A stretch of 64,000 nt of DNA from Bugula neritina. Taxonomy: Eukaryota > Animalia > Bryozoa. The notes under the pieces are model-generated. The model worked only from the letters and a program-made list of their open reading frames with translations, was not told the origin of the DNA and did no database searches. The DNA lies in contig OZ037769.1 in NCBI GenBank assembly GCA_964035545.1, positions 62,001 to 126,000 on the forward strand. Reading direction: 5' to 3'. Shown here one piece after another: positions 13,284 to 26,656 of the stretch. Every line of letters starts with the position of its first letter. The stretch's first letter is position 1. Made by a program: the position numbers and the translations under genes.

Positions 13284-14291
13284 ATGAATCAACCAAACCG
13301 CTTTCTGTCTCTGGCCCGTATAGTTCTTTTACGTCATCTTTGTTGCTCAAGAAACCATGGAGGAAATATTCAAAGAGAATATTTCAAGAGAGCTAGAGCA
13401 AAAAGAAAGCGAGAGATCTATCAAAGTCACAATTCTCATCAGCAATGGAACTCAACGACAGATCTTGTAGGAAAAGGCAATGACAATACTTCATTTAAAA
13501 TTTCATCAAATTGTGACACGGAGCTGCTCTTTGGCACTCATCCTGTTTACGCAGCACTGCAAGGCAATCGTCGTCAGTTTTCACATCTGTATGTTAGAGT
13601 GTCTTTATACAAAGAGCTTCAGAATGTCCACACTTCACAAGTATTATCCACTATTGTGAAAAATATTTACGAACAAGTGTTGCGCCTCTCCATTCCCATA
13701 ATTCCTACAGATAAGAGAAGGTTGGATAAACTTAGCGCTTATGGCGTTCATCAAGGTTTAATATTGTCATCTAGTTCCATGGCCATGGACCATATTTATC
13801 CCATTACCTCAGATAGTAAAAGCAGTCCTGCTGTTTGGATGTTGATATGCAATGTGGTTGACCCGATGAACTTGGGTGGTTTAATTCGTTCTGCTGTATA
13901 TCTGGGAGTTGATAAGGTTATAATATCTCCTAACTGTTCCAAACTTTCCCCTGTTGTTTCCAAGGCCAGTTCTGGTGCAATGGAGGTGGCACCTTTATCA
14001 TATGTGACTGATACGTGTGAATTGCTGCAGCAACTAAGAAATAGTGGCTGGAACGTTCTTGGAACAACCAGTTCTGATGGTAGTGACTCGGTGCCATTAT
14101 CCTCTGTGACTTTAAGCCGAAGTACAGTGCTGATTGTTGGTAATGAAGGTAAAGGTATAGACGAAGATGTCACCAACTGTTGCACTGATTTGATTAACAT
14201 TCAATCTCATGGCACTTGCCCTTCCCATGTTGATTCTCTCAATGTATCAGTAGCTGGTGCCATTATTCTTAACCACTTGAAAAGCATGTAA
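13284..14291 (+). CDS. MRM1: Mitochondrial rRNA methyltransferase 1 (SpoU/TrmH SPOUT family), single coding exon
   Basis: 335-aa ORF with an Arg-rich transit-like N-terminus, ELLFGTHPVYAAL, HQGL, DPMNLGGLIRSAVYLG, SKASSGAME, LIVGNEGKGI and VDSLNVSVAGAIIL SpoU motifs. An acceptor TTTCAG just before the ATG implies a non-coding first exon. Confidence 0.93.
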   Translation: MNQPNRFLSLARIVLLRHLCCSRNHGGNIQREYFKRARAKRKREIYQSHNSHQQWNSTTDLVGKGNDNTSFKISSNCDTELLFGTHPVYAALQGNRRQFSHLYVRVSLYKELQNVHTSQVLSTIVKNIYEQVLRLSIPIIPTDKRRLDKLSAYGVHQGLILSSSSMAMDHIYPITSDSKSSPAVWMLICNVVDPMNLGGLIRSAVYLGVDKVIISPNCSKLSPVVSKASSGAMEVAPLSYVTDTCELLQQLRNSGWNVLGTTSSDGSDSVPLSSVTLSRSTVLIVGNEGKGIDEDVTNCCTDLINIQSHGTCPSHVDSLNVSVAGAIILNHLKSM

Positions 14292-15105
14292 GAGTTTTTG
14301 CTTTCTGTGTTCCGAGTCAGTGACTTCCTGTTTATTAGTTCATTGATAGTCTCAGCTCCATATTGTTAAGTTGTTGTTTATTGGTTGATATCTGTGATAT
14401 GTAAGCAATAGCTGTGCAACTACACTTTCTTTCCCTATTGTGAAATAGATGAACTATAGTTGCATACACTATATATGCACAGTTATTAGATACTTGTCAA
14501 ATAGTGTTGGAAATATAATTATTCTAATACTTAAAGTATGCTTTTCGTTTTATTTATTTTGTTATCTATCACATTTTATATAAGCTACAAGCAGTGCAAG
14601 TACATTTTGTCATATCATGGCAGGAAAACCATTAATAGAGTACTTATGATCGAGATGATTACTCCTGATCATTGGTAAATGGCGGTTAATACAAAATGAT
14701 GCATAACTATAAGCAGGAGTTGTGCTCCCCGGGTTTCAGCTGATTTATATCAATGAATTGGGGCAAGTCTAGCCTGTATAAATATTATAGTATAAAGTAT
14801 ATTTTGTTAAACAAGACAGAAAGTTATAATATGAAGATAGGGCAAACAATAGAGTATAGTATTACTGTAAGTGTAACGTAAAGGTTAAAGGAACATGGAA
14901 AGATAAACCACGAATACAAAGCTATATAATACTATTTTATATAAATTTCTACTCAATAAACATACAGTAAATAAAATACGTCACATATTTAATATTGTGC
15001 TGTGACTTTCTCGACATATAGTATATACAAACACGACTGTGCAGAGTGAACTAATAAATATAATGTTGGAACAATGACGTCACTCCAATGTCATATTCAT
15101 TCAGA

Positions 15106-18100
15106 TTACTTGCTTCTGCTAGCATTACATCCAACACAGCAAGCCAGTATGATCCCAAGAATCTACAAAGAGTTGAAGAATTAGTACTAGGGTGTACAGT
15201 GACTGAGTTACTATACAGTGACTGAGTTACTATACAGTGACTGAGTTACTATACAATTACTATACAGTGACTGAGTTACTAGACAGTGACTGGGTTACTA
15301 TACAGTGACTGGGTTACTATACAGTAACTGAGTTACTATACAGTGACTGAGTTACTATACAGTGATTGAGTTACTATACAGTTACTATACGGTGACTGAG
15401 TTACTATACAGTGACTGAGTTACTATACAGTGACTACTATACAGTGACTGAGTTACTATACAGTGACTGAGTTACTAGACAGTGACTGGGTTACTATACA
15501 GTGACTGGGTTACTATACAGTAACTGAGTTACTATACAGTGACTGAGTTACTATACAGTGACTGAGTTACTATACAGTGATTGAGTTACTATACAGTTAC
15601 TATACGGTGACTGAGTTACTATACAGTGACTGAGTTACTATACAGTGACTACTATACAGTGACTGAGTTACTATACAGTGACTGAGTTACTAGACAGTGA
15701 CTGGGTTACTATACAGTGACTGGGTTACTATACAGTGACTGAGTTACTATACAGTGACTGAGTTACTATACAGTGATTGAGTTACTATACAGTTACTATA
15801 CAGTTACTGAGTTACTATACAGTTACTATACGGTGACTGAGTTACTATACAGTGACTGAGTTACTATACAGTGACTGAATTACTATACAGTTACTGAGTG
15901 ATGTCACTCACCTCAATGACTCCAAATCCAATGGCCACACCTCCAACAACCACAATGTTATTCTCAATAAAATCAATGGCTTTAGTCAGACAGCCATCAG
16001 TGTAGCTGCCCTGTGGAAAATATATAGAGTTAGTATTACAGGTGCACACACACTATAACATATAGAGTTAGTATTACAGGTGCACACACACTATAATATA
16101 TAGAGATAGTATTACAGCTGCACACACACTATAACACATAGAGTTAGTATTACAGGTGCACACACCCACACTATAATATATAGAGATAGTATTATAGGTG
16201 CACACACACACATACTATAATATATAGAGTTGGTATTACAGGTGCACACACACACACTATAATAAAGTAAAGCAACGTACACAGCTAGCTGGAATCTTTC
16301 CTCCCTGATTTGGTGCGATAGTTCGATCTTCCCAGTCGGCTGAGGAGTTGACGCCACAACATTCCTTGAATCATACAGTAATATACGTTACAGTAATACG
16401 ATATTATACATTACAGTAATACGATATTATACATTACAGTAATATGATATTATACGTTACAGTGATACGATATTATACGTTACAGTAATACGATATTATA
16501 CGTTACAGTGATACGATATTATGCGTTACAGTAATACGATATTATACGTTACAGTAATACGATATTATACGTTACAGTGATACGATATTATGCGTTACAG
16601 TAATACGATATTATACGTTACAGTGATACGATATTATACGTTACAGTGATACGATATTATACGTTACAGTAATACGATATTATACGTTACAGTGATACGA
16701 TATTATGCGTTACAGTAATACGATATTATACGTTACAGTAATACGATATTATACGTTACAGTGATACGATATTATGCGTTACAGTAATACGATATTATAC
16801 GTTACAGTGATACGATATTATGCGTTACAGTAATACGATATAATACGTTACAGTATTATAGATAGAGTTACACACCAGTTTCTCCTGAAGTGTGTCCCAT
16901 GCATCTTTAGCCACATTATCAACACTCTCATTATACAAGGCCATAAACTTCATGCTGTTGTTTGTTATCAGATCCTCAATCTGAGTTCGGTAGTGGAAGG
17001 CAACTGCTCCGGCAGCAATCTCAGCAATCAGGAGGATTCCAATGATGACTGCAAACTAGTAGAGTAGTACAGTGTAATACAGTGTAATATAATACTATAC
17101 AGTGTAATACAGTGTAATATAGTATACAGTGTAATATACTATACAGTGTAATACAGTGTAATATAGTATACAGTGTAATATACTATACAGTGTAATACAG
17201 TGTAATACAGTGTAATATAATACTATATAGTGTAATACAGTGTAATCCAGTGTAATACAGTGTAATACAGTGTAATCCAGTGTAATATAGTAGTAATAAA
17301 CACTCACAGTGTAAAGCAGGCATGAGCTCTCTTTGCACGCTCCAATGCAGCCAATGGCAGCTATGAGAAAGGTGATGCAGCCGAAACTGATGATGACTAT
17401 AGCGGGAGCATTGATCATCTTATTACCTACGATATCCAGGTAGCTACTCAGAGCTACGTAGGCGTATACACCCGCTGCCACTAGCCCAATTCCAATCAAC
17501 TGTCAATATATATAACATCATATGGTACTAGTAGTAGTGTGAGTGGTGTAGTGATACTAGTAGTGTGAGTGATGTAGTGATACCAGTAGTGTGAGTGGTG
17601 TAGTGATACTAGTAGTGTGAGTGATGTAGTGATACTAGTAGTGTGAGTGATGTAGTGATACTAGTAGTGTGAGTAATGTAGTGATACTAGTAGTGTGAGT
17701 GGTGTAGTGATACTAGTAGTGTGAGTGGTGTAGTGATACTAGTAGTGTGAGTGGTGTAGTGATACTAGTAGTGTGAGTGATGTAGTGATACTAGTAGTGT
17801 GAGTGATGTAGTGATACTAGTAGTGTGAGTGGTGTAGTGATACTAGTAGTGTGAGTGATGTAGTGATACTAGTACTGTGAGTGGTGTAGTGATACTAGTA
17901 GTGTGAGTGGTGTAGTGATACTAGTAGTGTGAGTGATGTAGTGATACTAGTAGTGTGAGTGATGTAGTGATACTAGTAGTGTGAGTGATGTAGTGATACT
18001 AGTAGTGTGAGTGATGTAGTGATACTAGTAGTGTGAGTGATGTAGTGATACTAGTAGTGTGAGTGATGTAGTGATACTAGTAGTGTGAGTGATGTAGTGA

Positions 18101-20410
18101 TACTAGTAGTGTGAGTGATGTAGTGATACTAGTAGTGTGAGTGATGTAGTGATACTAGTAGTGTGAGTGAAGTAGTGATACTAGTAGTGTGAGTGATGTA
18201 GTGATACTAGTAGTGTGAGTGGTGTAGTGATACTAGTAGTGTGAGTGATACTAGTAGTGTGAGTGGTGTAGTGATACTAGTAGTGTGGGTACAGAGTAGT
18301 CGCAAGCGCACACGGTGACCTAGTTTAACACAAATTCGTTAGGAGCTAGTCAGGGCTGCAAGGGCGTTAACATCTATTCAAGCAGTGCAGAATATCGCAT
18401 GGTTCATTGATTCCTCTCATGATGAACAAACAACCTCCTTTCTCTGCGTATGCCGCAACGTAATGCATGAATAACAATTATTCAGTGTAAAAGGATCAAT
18501 AGGCAGGGCTAGTATTAGTCTAACACAAGAGAAAGAGAGAGACTAGCTATAAGAATTATGTGGTAATATAACTGTATATATTATACTTTGTATTGTATAC
18601 AAAAGTCATTCACTGCCTTGTAGAACCTATGCATAACACAGATATTTATACAGTGCACTATCAACTCATGCGTGAGTTATTACATACGGGTTATTACTCT
18701 AATTAGAATATGAGTTAGCAGTTTCCATGGACACACCTGCTGGCACTTGGCATACCTGTGCACTCATAGCATACCAAAAATGGTCTCATCTCAACTGACC
18801 TAAATTACTCATAACTCTGCTAGCAACTTGATACTGCTGTAGGCAATCTATTCCTGAAGGTAATCTGCCCAGCTAATAACAATTCCTGTCATGATTAAAG
18901 GCTAATACTCAATTTGACTGGGTTTGCTTGTAGTCTGTCACTGGTGCATACATAAAGTCACGTCTACTTAAGTAGGTCAGCAGTAAGTGTTAGTTGACCT
19001 AGTGACAGCTTGCCTGCAGAGCTCTTACCGTCTACTCTCTCTGTCTCAACTATCCTGGTAAGAGCTGTACAAAGCATATGCTGCCACTACTAGCTGCTGC
19101 TACTAGCTGCCACTACTAGTACTCAAGAGGTCTGAGGCAGCAGCTGCCGTGTCAGAACATTGCCTGTTGCTGGTTGTTGGGCATTCATTTAGATTAGACG
19201 CTTGCAGTTACTTGCCAAACTAACAGAGCAGCTAACAGAGTGGCTGACATATTTATTCTATATTTAGTTTGAGACAAAGAATATGCTTCTAATTCGATTT
19301 TTAAAAAAGGAAATTTTATGCTGAGCTAAAAAGCTTGAAAGGATGCTAGTATTTACAAGACAGTAAATTTATAGTAAGTGAATAGCAATAGAAAGGGAAG
19401 AACAGCACCAGAGTAACAAATATTGTCCTATAACTAACAGCACATGTTAATGACTCATTGGGAGTCAGAGAATTCAAAAGCAGCAGTTTGTGGCGTTTTA
19501 TCTAGAATTATTGTGACATCTTATCTAGAACATTGTGAGGTTTATTGCAGAAGTATTAACTCAAATCCATAGACAATATCAATATGTATATGAAGATGTC
19601 ACAAGCAAGGTTAAACTTAGACTTCAAGCAGAGAGTGAACCCAATTACACTGTTGATTAAACAATTAAATGCAGGTTATGGTTTCCAATTGAAATAATTA
19701 TTGAAACTAAAGTTCAAACTTTCCTTAATATCAATATATTTACTATAACTATAATTTATCACTTATCAGCGATTAAATCAAATATAAAATCAGTACCAGC
19801 CGTAGTTACTGATACTGACAGTAAATGTAATTACATTTAGTTTTACAGCAATGTTAAAATAATAATCTCTTCTAACAATAACTCTAAGTATTAAGTACTA
19901 ATATTTAACAGTCTATGACTATAGAGTATAGAGTGATAGAACGACACTCACTCTGAGTTGTTAATCATAATAATAATAGCAATACTAATACTAATAGTAA
20001 TAGCAATACTAACACTAACAGTAATAGTAATACTAACAGTAATACTGACAGTAATACTAACTAAGTCTAATAAGTAATAAGTAATAGCAACAATAAATAT
20101 AATATTAATAGCAATATTTATAGTAATAGCAAATGTAATACTCATAGTCTATTCCTATAGCTATAACCTTTTACATTTACTTTTAGTTTTACTGATTTAG
20201 TTTTACCAACTCTAACAGTAACAGTAACACTCAGTAACAGTATGACTATGAGTATGACTATGAGTAACACTAACACTGATACTGATAGTAATTTATGATT
20301 AGCAACAGATCATGGGTACTGCAACTTACACAAAACAAAACGTTGAAAATAATGAGACACCATTTTGCACAGTTAGCACAGCCATCAACATCTCTTCCTT
20401 TTCCTGCCAT
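15106..20410 (-). CDS. Tetraspanin (paralog A)
   Basis: Exons 20410-20330, 17499-17308, 17055-16876, 16364-16281, 16010-15912 and 15162-15106, all phase 0 GT-AG. Four TM segments, GCIGACKESSCLL, and LEL with CCG...DW...PASC...DGC. Confidence 0.92.
15196..15900. repeat. Intronic minisatellite, 19-nt unit (acagtgactgagttactat) with higher-order blocks
   Basis: Fills tetraspanin A intron 5. Confidence 0.95.
16021..16262. repeat. Intronic minisatellite, ~37-41-nt unit (atatagagttagtattacaggtgcacacacactata...)
   Basis: Fills tetraspanin A intron 4. Confidence 0.9.
16376..16860. repeat. Intronic minisatellite, 23-nt unit (acagtaatacgatattatacgtt)
   Basis: Fills tetraspanin A intron 3. Confidence 0.95.
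17066..17290. repeat. Intronic 10-nt based array (tacagtgtaa)
   Basis: Fills tetraspanin A intron 2. Confidence 0.9.
17528..18290. repeat. Intronic minisatellite, 26-nt unit (gtgatactagtagtgtgagtgatgta), ~29 copies
   Basis: 3' end of tetraspanin A intron 1, ending ~28 nt before the acceptor. Confidence 0.96.
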
Positions 20411-21514
20411 GTCCGATGTTATTTTAGAAGGTGATAAGATTTGGTATTGCTGCTAGAAAAGTTGACACTCTCCAACCAACCGTTGCCTTCGCAATAATTA
20501 TCGTGACTGGCTGCTAGGCTATTTAAAGCGCGAGCTACTTAGTCACGTGATTAGTTTTCTGCGCTTTCTTCTTATCGTGTTTATGCTCTCTCTGCAAAAT
20601 AGTACAAATGCGAACACACCAAATTTTAATTATTTTCAACTGCCTAAAAACTAAAATAATGATAGTGCAACATAGCAATATTACACACAGAATATATACC
20701 AGCACTGACTAACTGGAGAAATTTGACTGTTAATTTACACACAGTACCATACCTTTTAATTCCATTGCAGGTGTTCACTGTGACATTGATAGATGGTAGA
20801 GGTTTGCCCTAGTTTCATCTACACTTTTCACCACCACAATGGCCGCTTTTCACCACCACAATTTTCTTGCAATTTTTCCACAACGTTATGCATGTCTATG
20901 CTGCATATGAACTTCTTATTATATAATATAAATATATATATAATTTGGGTATATTTGTCCACTTTACTGCATCAATGGGGAAATTAATTAAAACATTTTA
21001 TGGATATGAAGCAATATATTTCTAGGTTTTGTTACCACGGTTACCACAATAAATATATTATTGCCTCAGCTAAACCCTCATATACATCATAGGTATTGGG
21101 CTTGGGTTTGGTATTAGGTTTGGGGTGATTTAATAGTGGCAGTTAGTTATGGAGTAATGTTTATCACACAACACAACTACCTATGATGTATACACAACTA
21201 CCTATGATGTATACACAACTACCTATGATGTATACACAGTTACTTGTGATGTATTTATTATTTATAATTTACAAGACCCACAAAACTTTATTGTCCTAGA
21301 AAATGTTTACAAATAATTCAATAAATGGTCAGTTCTCAGAAATATAACTATTTGGAATTGAGATAAAATGCACAATGGAATGTGAGAGTATGAGCTAAAT
21401 GTTAAAGCTATGAGTAGTGACAGCGGTTAGGTCAAAGGGTAATAAACAGTCAGCTCTGTGTAGGATATGGGTATAACAGGACTTCAGTTGATAGCTGGAG
21501 TTGTGTACTCAATA

Positions 21515-21890
21515 CTAATGCTGCTCATAGTGACTGTTCTTGCTCATTGTGCAGGCCAAGTAGCACGAGATAATAACTCCAAAGATCTGCAATACAACAG
21601 TCAGTAAAGCCAATAACTAATGCAGAGTGTTGCTTTGCTTTGTTGATAAGTATACATTTGTTACTATGCACTTTGGTAGATTGAATGCTTACCTGAATTA
21701 TACAGAAAGTGATAGCCACAGCCCCAACAGCTTTACCTACTGACATTACCAAGTCTTTATAGACCTCAAAGCACCCATCCTGCAGTCATATATACACATA
21801 ACATGTAACATGTGATATGTATAATACTATGTACTATGTCATATCTCACCTGATAGATAATGTACTATATATATAATATATATGACATAG

Positions 21891-21939
<49 letters not shown>

Positions 21940-23793
21940 CTATGTCATATCTCACCTGATAGAGTTCACCAGATGTAGCTTTGCAAGATGGTGGTGGAGC
22001 TTTCCAGTCTCCCCTTCCGTTTATTCCACAGCATTCCTGTGTATTCATAATACTACATTACTATAGGTTATATTACTACATTACTAGTTTATATTACTAC
22101 ATTACTTAATTATATTAACATATTACTATATTATATTACTAGTTTATATTATTATATTACTATATTATATTACTATATTACTAATTTATATTACTATATT
22201 GCTAGTTTATATTACTATATTACTATTTTATATTACTATATTACTTATTTATATTATTATATTACTATATTATATTACTATATTACTAATTTATATAACT
22301 ATATTGCTAGTTTATATAACTATATTGCTAGTTTATATAACTATATTGCTAGTTTATATTACTATATTACTAGTTTATATTATACACATTTCTATATATG
22401 GCACATGGATAGTCTCACAGAGATAGACAGATAAGAACCGCTTATGGATTAAACTACTGGGGAGTATTCACACCCACCCCTTCTGACTGCGCAACGTCCC
22501 AGGCTATTGTGATAGTAGATTTGGTCTGGTTCATTGCAGCTTCTGAAGCTGTCATTATCTGCACAACCCAGTCCTGTGAAGTTTCATCATCCAACTTGCT
22601 CAGTTTCTGGGCTCCAACCACAACGACTATTCCGATGATAAACTCTATGAAGACCAGCACTGCCATAGTCACTGAGAACTGCAAACAAACCCTCAGTTTA
22701 TACAAGCAGAGCAGCTTCAGCAGTTGAAAGTTCACTCATGGCCTGTGAATTTAGAGTATCACTAAATATAAGCAGAAAGTTGAAGTGAAAAATGGACTCA
22801 CTGTGAAAAGCAGACACTTGTTCTCTTTGCACGCCCCAACCCACCCACAGGATGATATGAAGAGCGTGACTAGACCAACGACAATTACAAAGGCAGCGGC
22901 CGCCACTAGTCCTGTACGGACGCCTTCTACATTGTCTTGTGTCTGTATATTCTCCGGCAGCGTTTCTAGCAGCTCCACAAAATCCATCGTCTTAGCCTTG
23001 CCCACTCCATATGATCCGACACCAACTAGTATCACTGCTACCACCTGTCAAACATACACCAACTAGTAGCACTGCTACCACCTGTCAAACATACACCAAC
23101 TAGTAGCACTGCTACCACCTGTCAAACATACACCAACTAGTAGCACTGCTACCACCTGTCAAACATACACCAACTAGTAGCACTGCTATAACCTGTCAAA
23201 CATACACCAACTAGTATAGTATATTATAGTAGCACTGCTATAACATATTACATTGTACTGTATATTATATATAGCCTAGTATTATAGATTATAGATAATA
23301 GTATAACATACTAAACTGTACTGTATATTATATAGTATTAAAGATAATAGTATAACATATTACACTGTACTGTATATTATATAGTATTATAGATAATAGT
23401 ATAATATATTACACTGTACTGTATATTATATAGTATTATAGATAATAGTATAACATATTACACTGTACTGTATATTATATGGTATTCTAGATGATAGTAT
23501 AATATATTACACTGTACTGTATATTATATAGTATTATAAATGATAGTATAACATATTACATTGTACTGTATATTATATAGTATTATAAATGATAGTATAA
23601 CATATTACACTGTACTGTATATTATATAGTATTATAAATGATAGTATAACATATAACACTGTACTGTATATTATATAGTATTATAGATGATAATCTCACT
23701 CACCGAAAATATTACATTGAAGATGATAAACAACCATCTCACAGTTTTATGTCCACAGCTGATTTCAGAAGGTAGAGAGGGTCCCACAGTCAT
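21515..23793 (-). CDS. Tetraspanin (paralog B)
   Basis: Exons 23793-23704, 23044-22802, 22678-22478, 22036-21956, 21779-21693 and 21586-21515, all phase 0. GWVGACKENKCLL, CCG...DW...PPSC...DGC, four TM segments. Confidence 0.9.
22050..22385. repeat. Intronic AT-rich ~21-nt degenerate array (tattactatattgctagttta)
   Basis: Tetraspanin B intron 3. Confidence 0.85.
23019..23695. repeat. Two adjacent intronic arrays: 37-nt acceptor+exon unit (23019-23215) and ~39-nt AT-rich unit (23220-23695)
   Basis: Together they fill tetraspanin B intron 1. Confidence 0.93.
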
Positions 23794-24389
23794 CCCACCT
23801 TTTATACCGTTAGCTCTCAGTCTAGCTATAGATGGTGATTACTAACAGTATTAGTTGACAGTTACAACTACAGGTCCTAGTTATACAGAGTACTAGTAGT
23901 TAGTGACTTCTACTATACAAGATTACTGAGCCAACGAAAGTGTCTAGTAGTTGATTGTGTAGCGTTGCGAGGCGCAGCAATGCGTGGCTGATGGTTTCAC
24001 TTAGTGCACAAGCTGAGTACTTAATGTATGTGTTTACGTGGCCAGTTGAGTTGTTCATTCGCACTGTGTGGTGTTGACAGATTATAATACCTGTCAATGT
24101 AACGGAGCATAGTAAGAGAACACAACTCTCAAACATGTTCTTGGCGCGAGCTTCCATTAAACTGGAAAAGATAATATTTTGAGATCCATGCCAGCTTCAT
24201 TGTGGCGCATTATAATTCCTTTAGCTTAAACTCACACTAATATTTTGGATTCTCGTCAGTTTTAAACATTTTCATACTCTGTGCTTGACTACCAGCTAAG
24301 GTTGCAAATAACATTCCAACCGCACGTTTACTGCTATTCTGTAGTACAGTATTATCCAGCCCTTATTTCCAGAACGATAATATAGGCAA

Positions 24390-24514
24390 CTCCGAGTTGG
24401 GGTGAGTGAGTGCAATAGTTTGGGTTCTCAAGTTTAGAGTAGGATTTTCTACTAAACCCCCACCCTAAACTCAAGAATCTTGAAACATTGCACTTATTCA
24501 ACCCTAATCCGGAG
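24390..24514. mobile_element. Degenerate palindromic MITE-like element (~125 bp)
   Basis: The left arm ctccgagttggggtgagtgagtgcaat...agtttagagtagg aligns imperfectly with the reverse complement of the right arm (ctccggattagggttgaataagtgcaat...agtttagggtgg). Confidence 0.45.
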
Positions 24515-24969
24515 AAACTTACAAAATCTTTCTTATTTGCATGCCTTTCTTTGTTAGCAGTTTGTTATAGGTCTATGTTATTATGTTATATTTTCTGTTT
24601 AGAAACAATCACTTAATTACAACTAGATGTTGCCGTCCAAACATTGTTCATACATTTTGTTGTAAATCTAAATGGGCCATCAGACTAAAATGAAATGCAT
24701 CATTTTAATTGTTTTTGTATTATTCTATTATCATGTACATACTTATTTATATTTATACTGGATGGCTATATTATAGACATTTGATTATATATACATGCAT
24801 GGTATATAAATATGACTACCAAACTATAATTTGCATACAAATAAAAATATGTATTTTGATGGATTTTCAGTAGCAAGAACAAGAAAAAACTTAAAACATT
24901 GTGTATAATATAGATTTATTACAGTACACAATATTTATTAATAATTCCATGTTATGAAGATAAGTTTGC

Positions 24970-26656
24970 TTATACTGTAGACTCTACAGATATTAAATGC
25001 TTGCACACTTCTATCATGTGCTTATGAAGGTACCGTCGCTGTGCGAAAGCTTTACCACAGCCAATGCACTGGTGGGTTTTCTTGGTAATGGTGTGAGTGA
25101 GAGAGTGAGATCGGAGATTTGATTTATCTGCAAACCTTTTCCCACAGCAGATGCACTGAAAAGGTTTCTCTCCTGTGTGTATCCGTAGATGGCCTTTAAG
25201 AAGCCAGTTTCGAGTGAAAACTCTGCCACAGATGTGGCACTTGTTCTTCAACTTAAGGTGGGTGTTTATGTGCTGCCCAAACTGTTTAAGACCTCCGTAC
25301 ACACGGTGGCAGATGCTGCACTTGAACAGACTGACACTGTGAGCCCCGCCCTCACCAATATGGCTGGACACACAGAATGGCAGCAGCTTAGCATACAGAC
25401 TCTCTTCGTTCTCTCTTTCCACATCAATCTCTGGCACACTGTCTAGTAACTGAATGACAGCAGGACTGGGGGTGGGTTTGCCTAACTTCACAAACCCTCT
25501 CCTAGAAGTATTTTGAGGACTGAACACAGCACTGCCTCCGGTTTGACTATCAAAAGAGATCGGATGAGAAAGACTTCTTTCTAGTTGAGAAGGGCGAGTG
25601 GGGGAAACCAAACTAGGCTCAGATATACTTAGTGACCTGTCAGCGATACATAATTCTCTGAAGCTGCCTTTTCTAGAGTAGTTGTCTTCTTTCTCACTGA
25701 GGCAGTTGCCTTCCCTCTCATTGAAGCAGTTGTCTTCCCTCTCACTGAGGCAGTTGTCTTCTCTCTTGCCAATGCTTTGGGTGGTAGGACTCTGCACGCA
25801 GTGCAAACTGGCTTGCATCTGCTCCTTGCTGGCTATGAACAGAGAGGGAGAGTTTGTTATCTTTAGATCTTTGTCATTTATCTGCACTCCATCAATTAGC
25901 AGTTCAAATCTGGATACCAAAGATATGCTTGTAACATTTCTGCTTGGCGGCTTGAGTATGTTTGTCTCTTTCAGCTGCCCCTACAAGATGACACTGCCAA
26001 GTATATAAACTCGAACTTCTTGCTTCAGGTGTAACACTTATATAAGTATCATTTAGATAACGTGACTAAAGAAAAAACATCACCTGGTTGTTAATGTTGA
26101 AAGTTTTGATACTGTCATGCAGAACAGCAGAATAAGGCTTGTATCGAATAACCTTCTTAATGGAGAGTCCAGAACGAGTTGTCATCACATTTGGATCAAA
26201 AGCACTGACTGAAATGTTTGGCAGAAAAAATGTGACTGTTAAGAAATGCCCAGAAAGAAGCTATCAGTATGAGTATCAGTTGAATCAATTTGCGAATAGG
26301 AAAATTAAATTAGGAAAATTAATTAAGATTAAAGAGACCCTTGACTTTTTAGTTATATTTATCAATATTTTATTAGTTTTAGACAAAATCTTATATACAT
26401 TAGCAGCTAACTTGTGAAAAATAGCTCAAAACTGGAGGCTTCGAGTGCGTACAGGTACTTACTTAGTAAGTTACTACTTATACTATAAGACTAAGTATAT
26501 GAATATCAAGTAAAACATGACATTACTATAACTATTACTATTAGGACCCGTTTTGTTTATTGATAGATTTCTAGGATCACAATTACCTCGTTGATTTCTG
26601 CAATATACTTCGTCCTTTTCACGTGAGTAAACAAAATTTAAAAGACACTTGGGCAT
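24970..26656 (-). CDS. Snail/Scratch-family C2H2 zinc-finger transcription factor
   Basis: Exons 26656-26587, 26235-26084 and 25980-24970 join in frame. The N-terminal MPKCLL is SNAG-like. C-terminal fingers [34 protein letters not shown] and [16 protein letters not shown] match the Snail/Scratch signature (RPWLLQGH, FADRSNLRAH, YLHKH.E..C). Confidence 0.85.

Noticed and set aside
13284-14291. MRM1 as a retrocopy because the CDS lacks introns
   Set aside because: It has an upstream splice acceptor, an intact ORF, and no poly(A) remnant or TSD. Cannot be supported without the rest of the genome.
21095-21126. Telomere-like G-rich tract
   Set aside because: Short and irregular, with no consistent TTAGGG periodicity.
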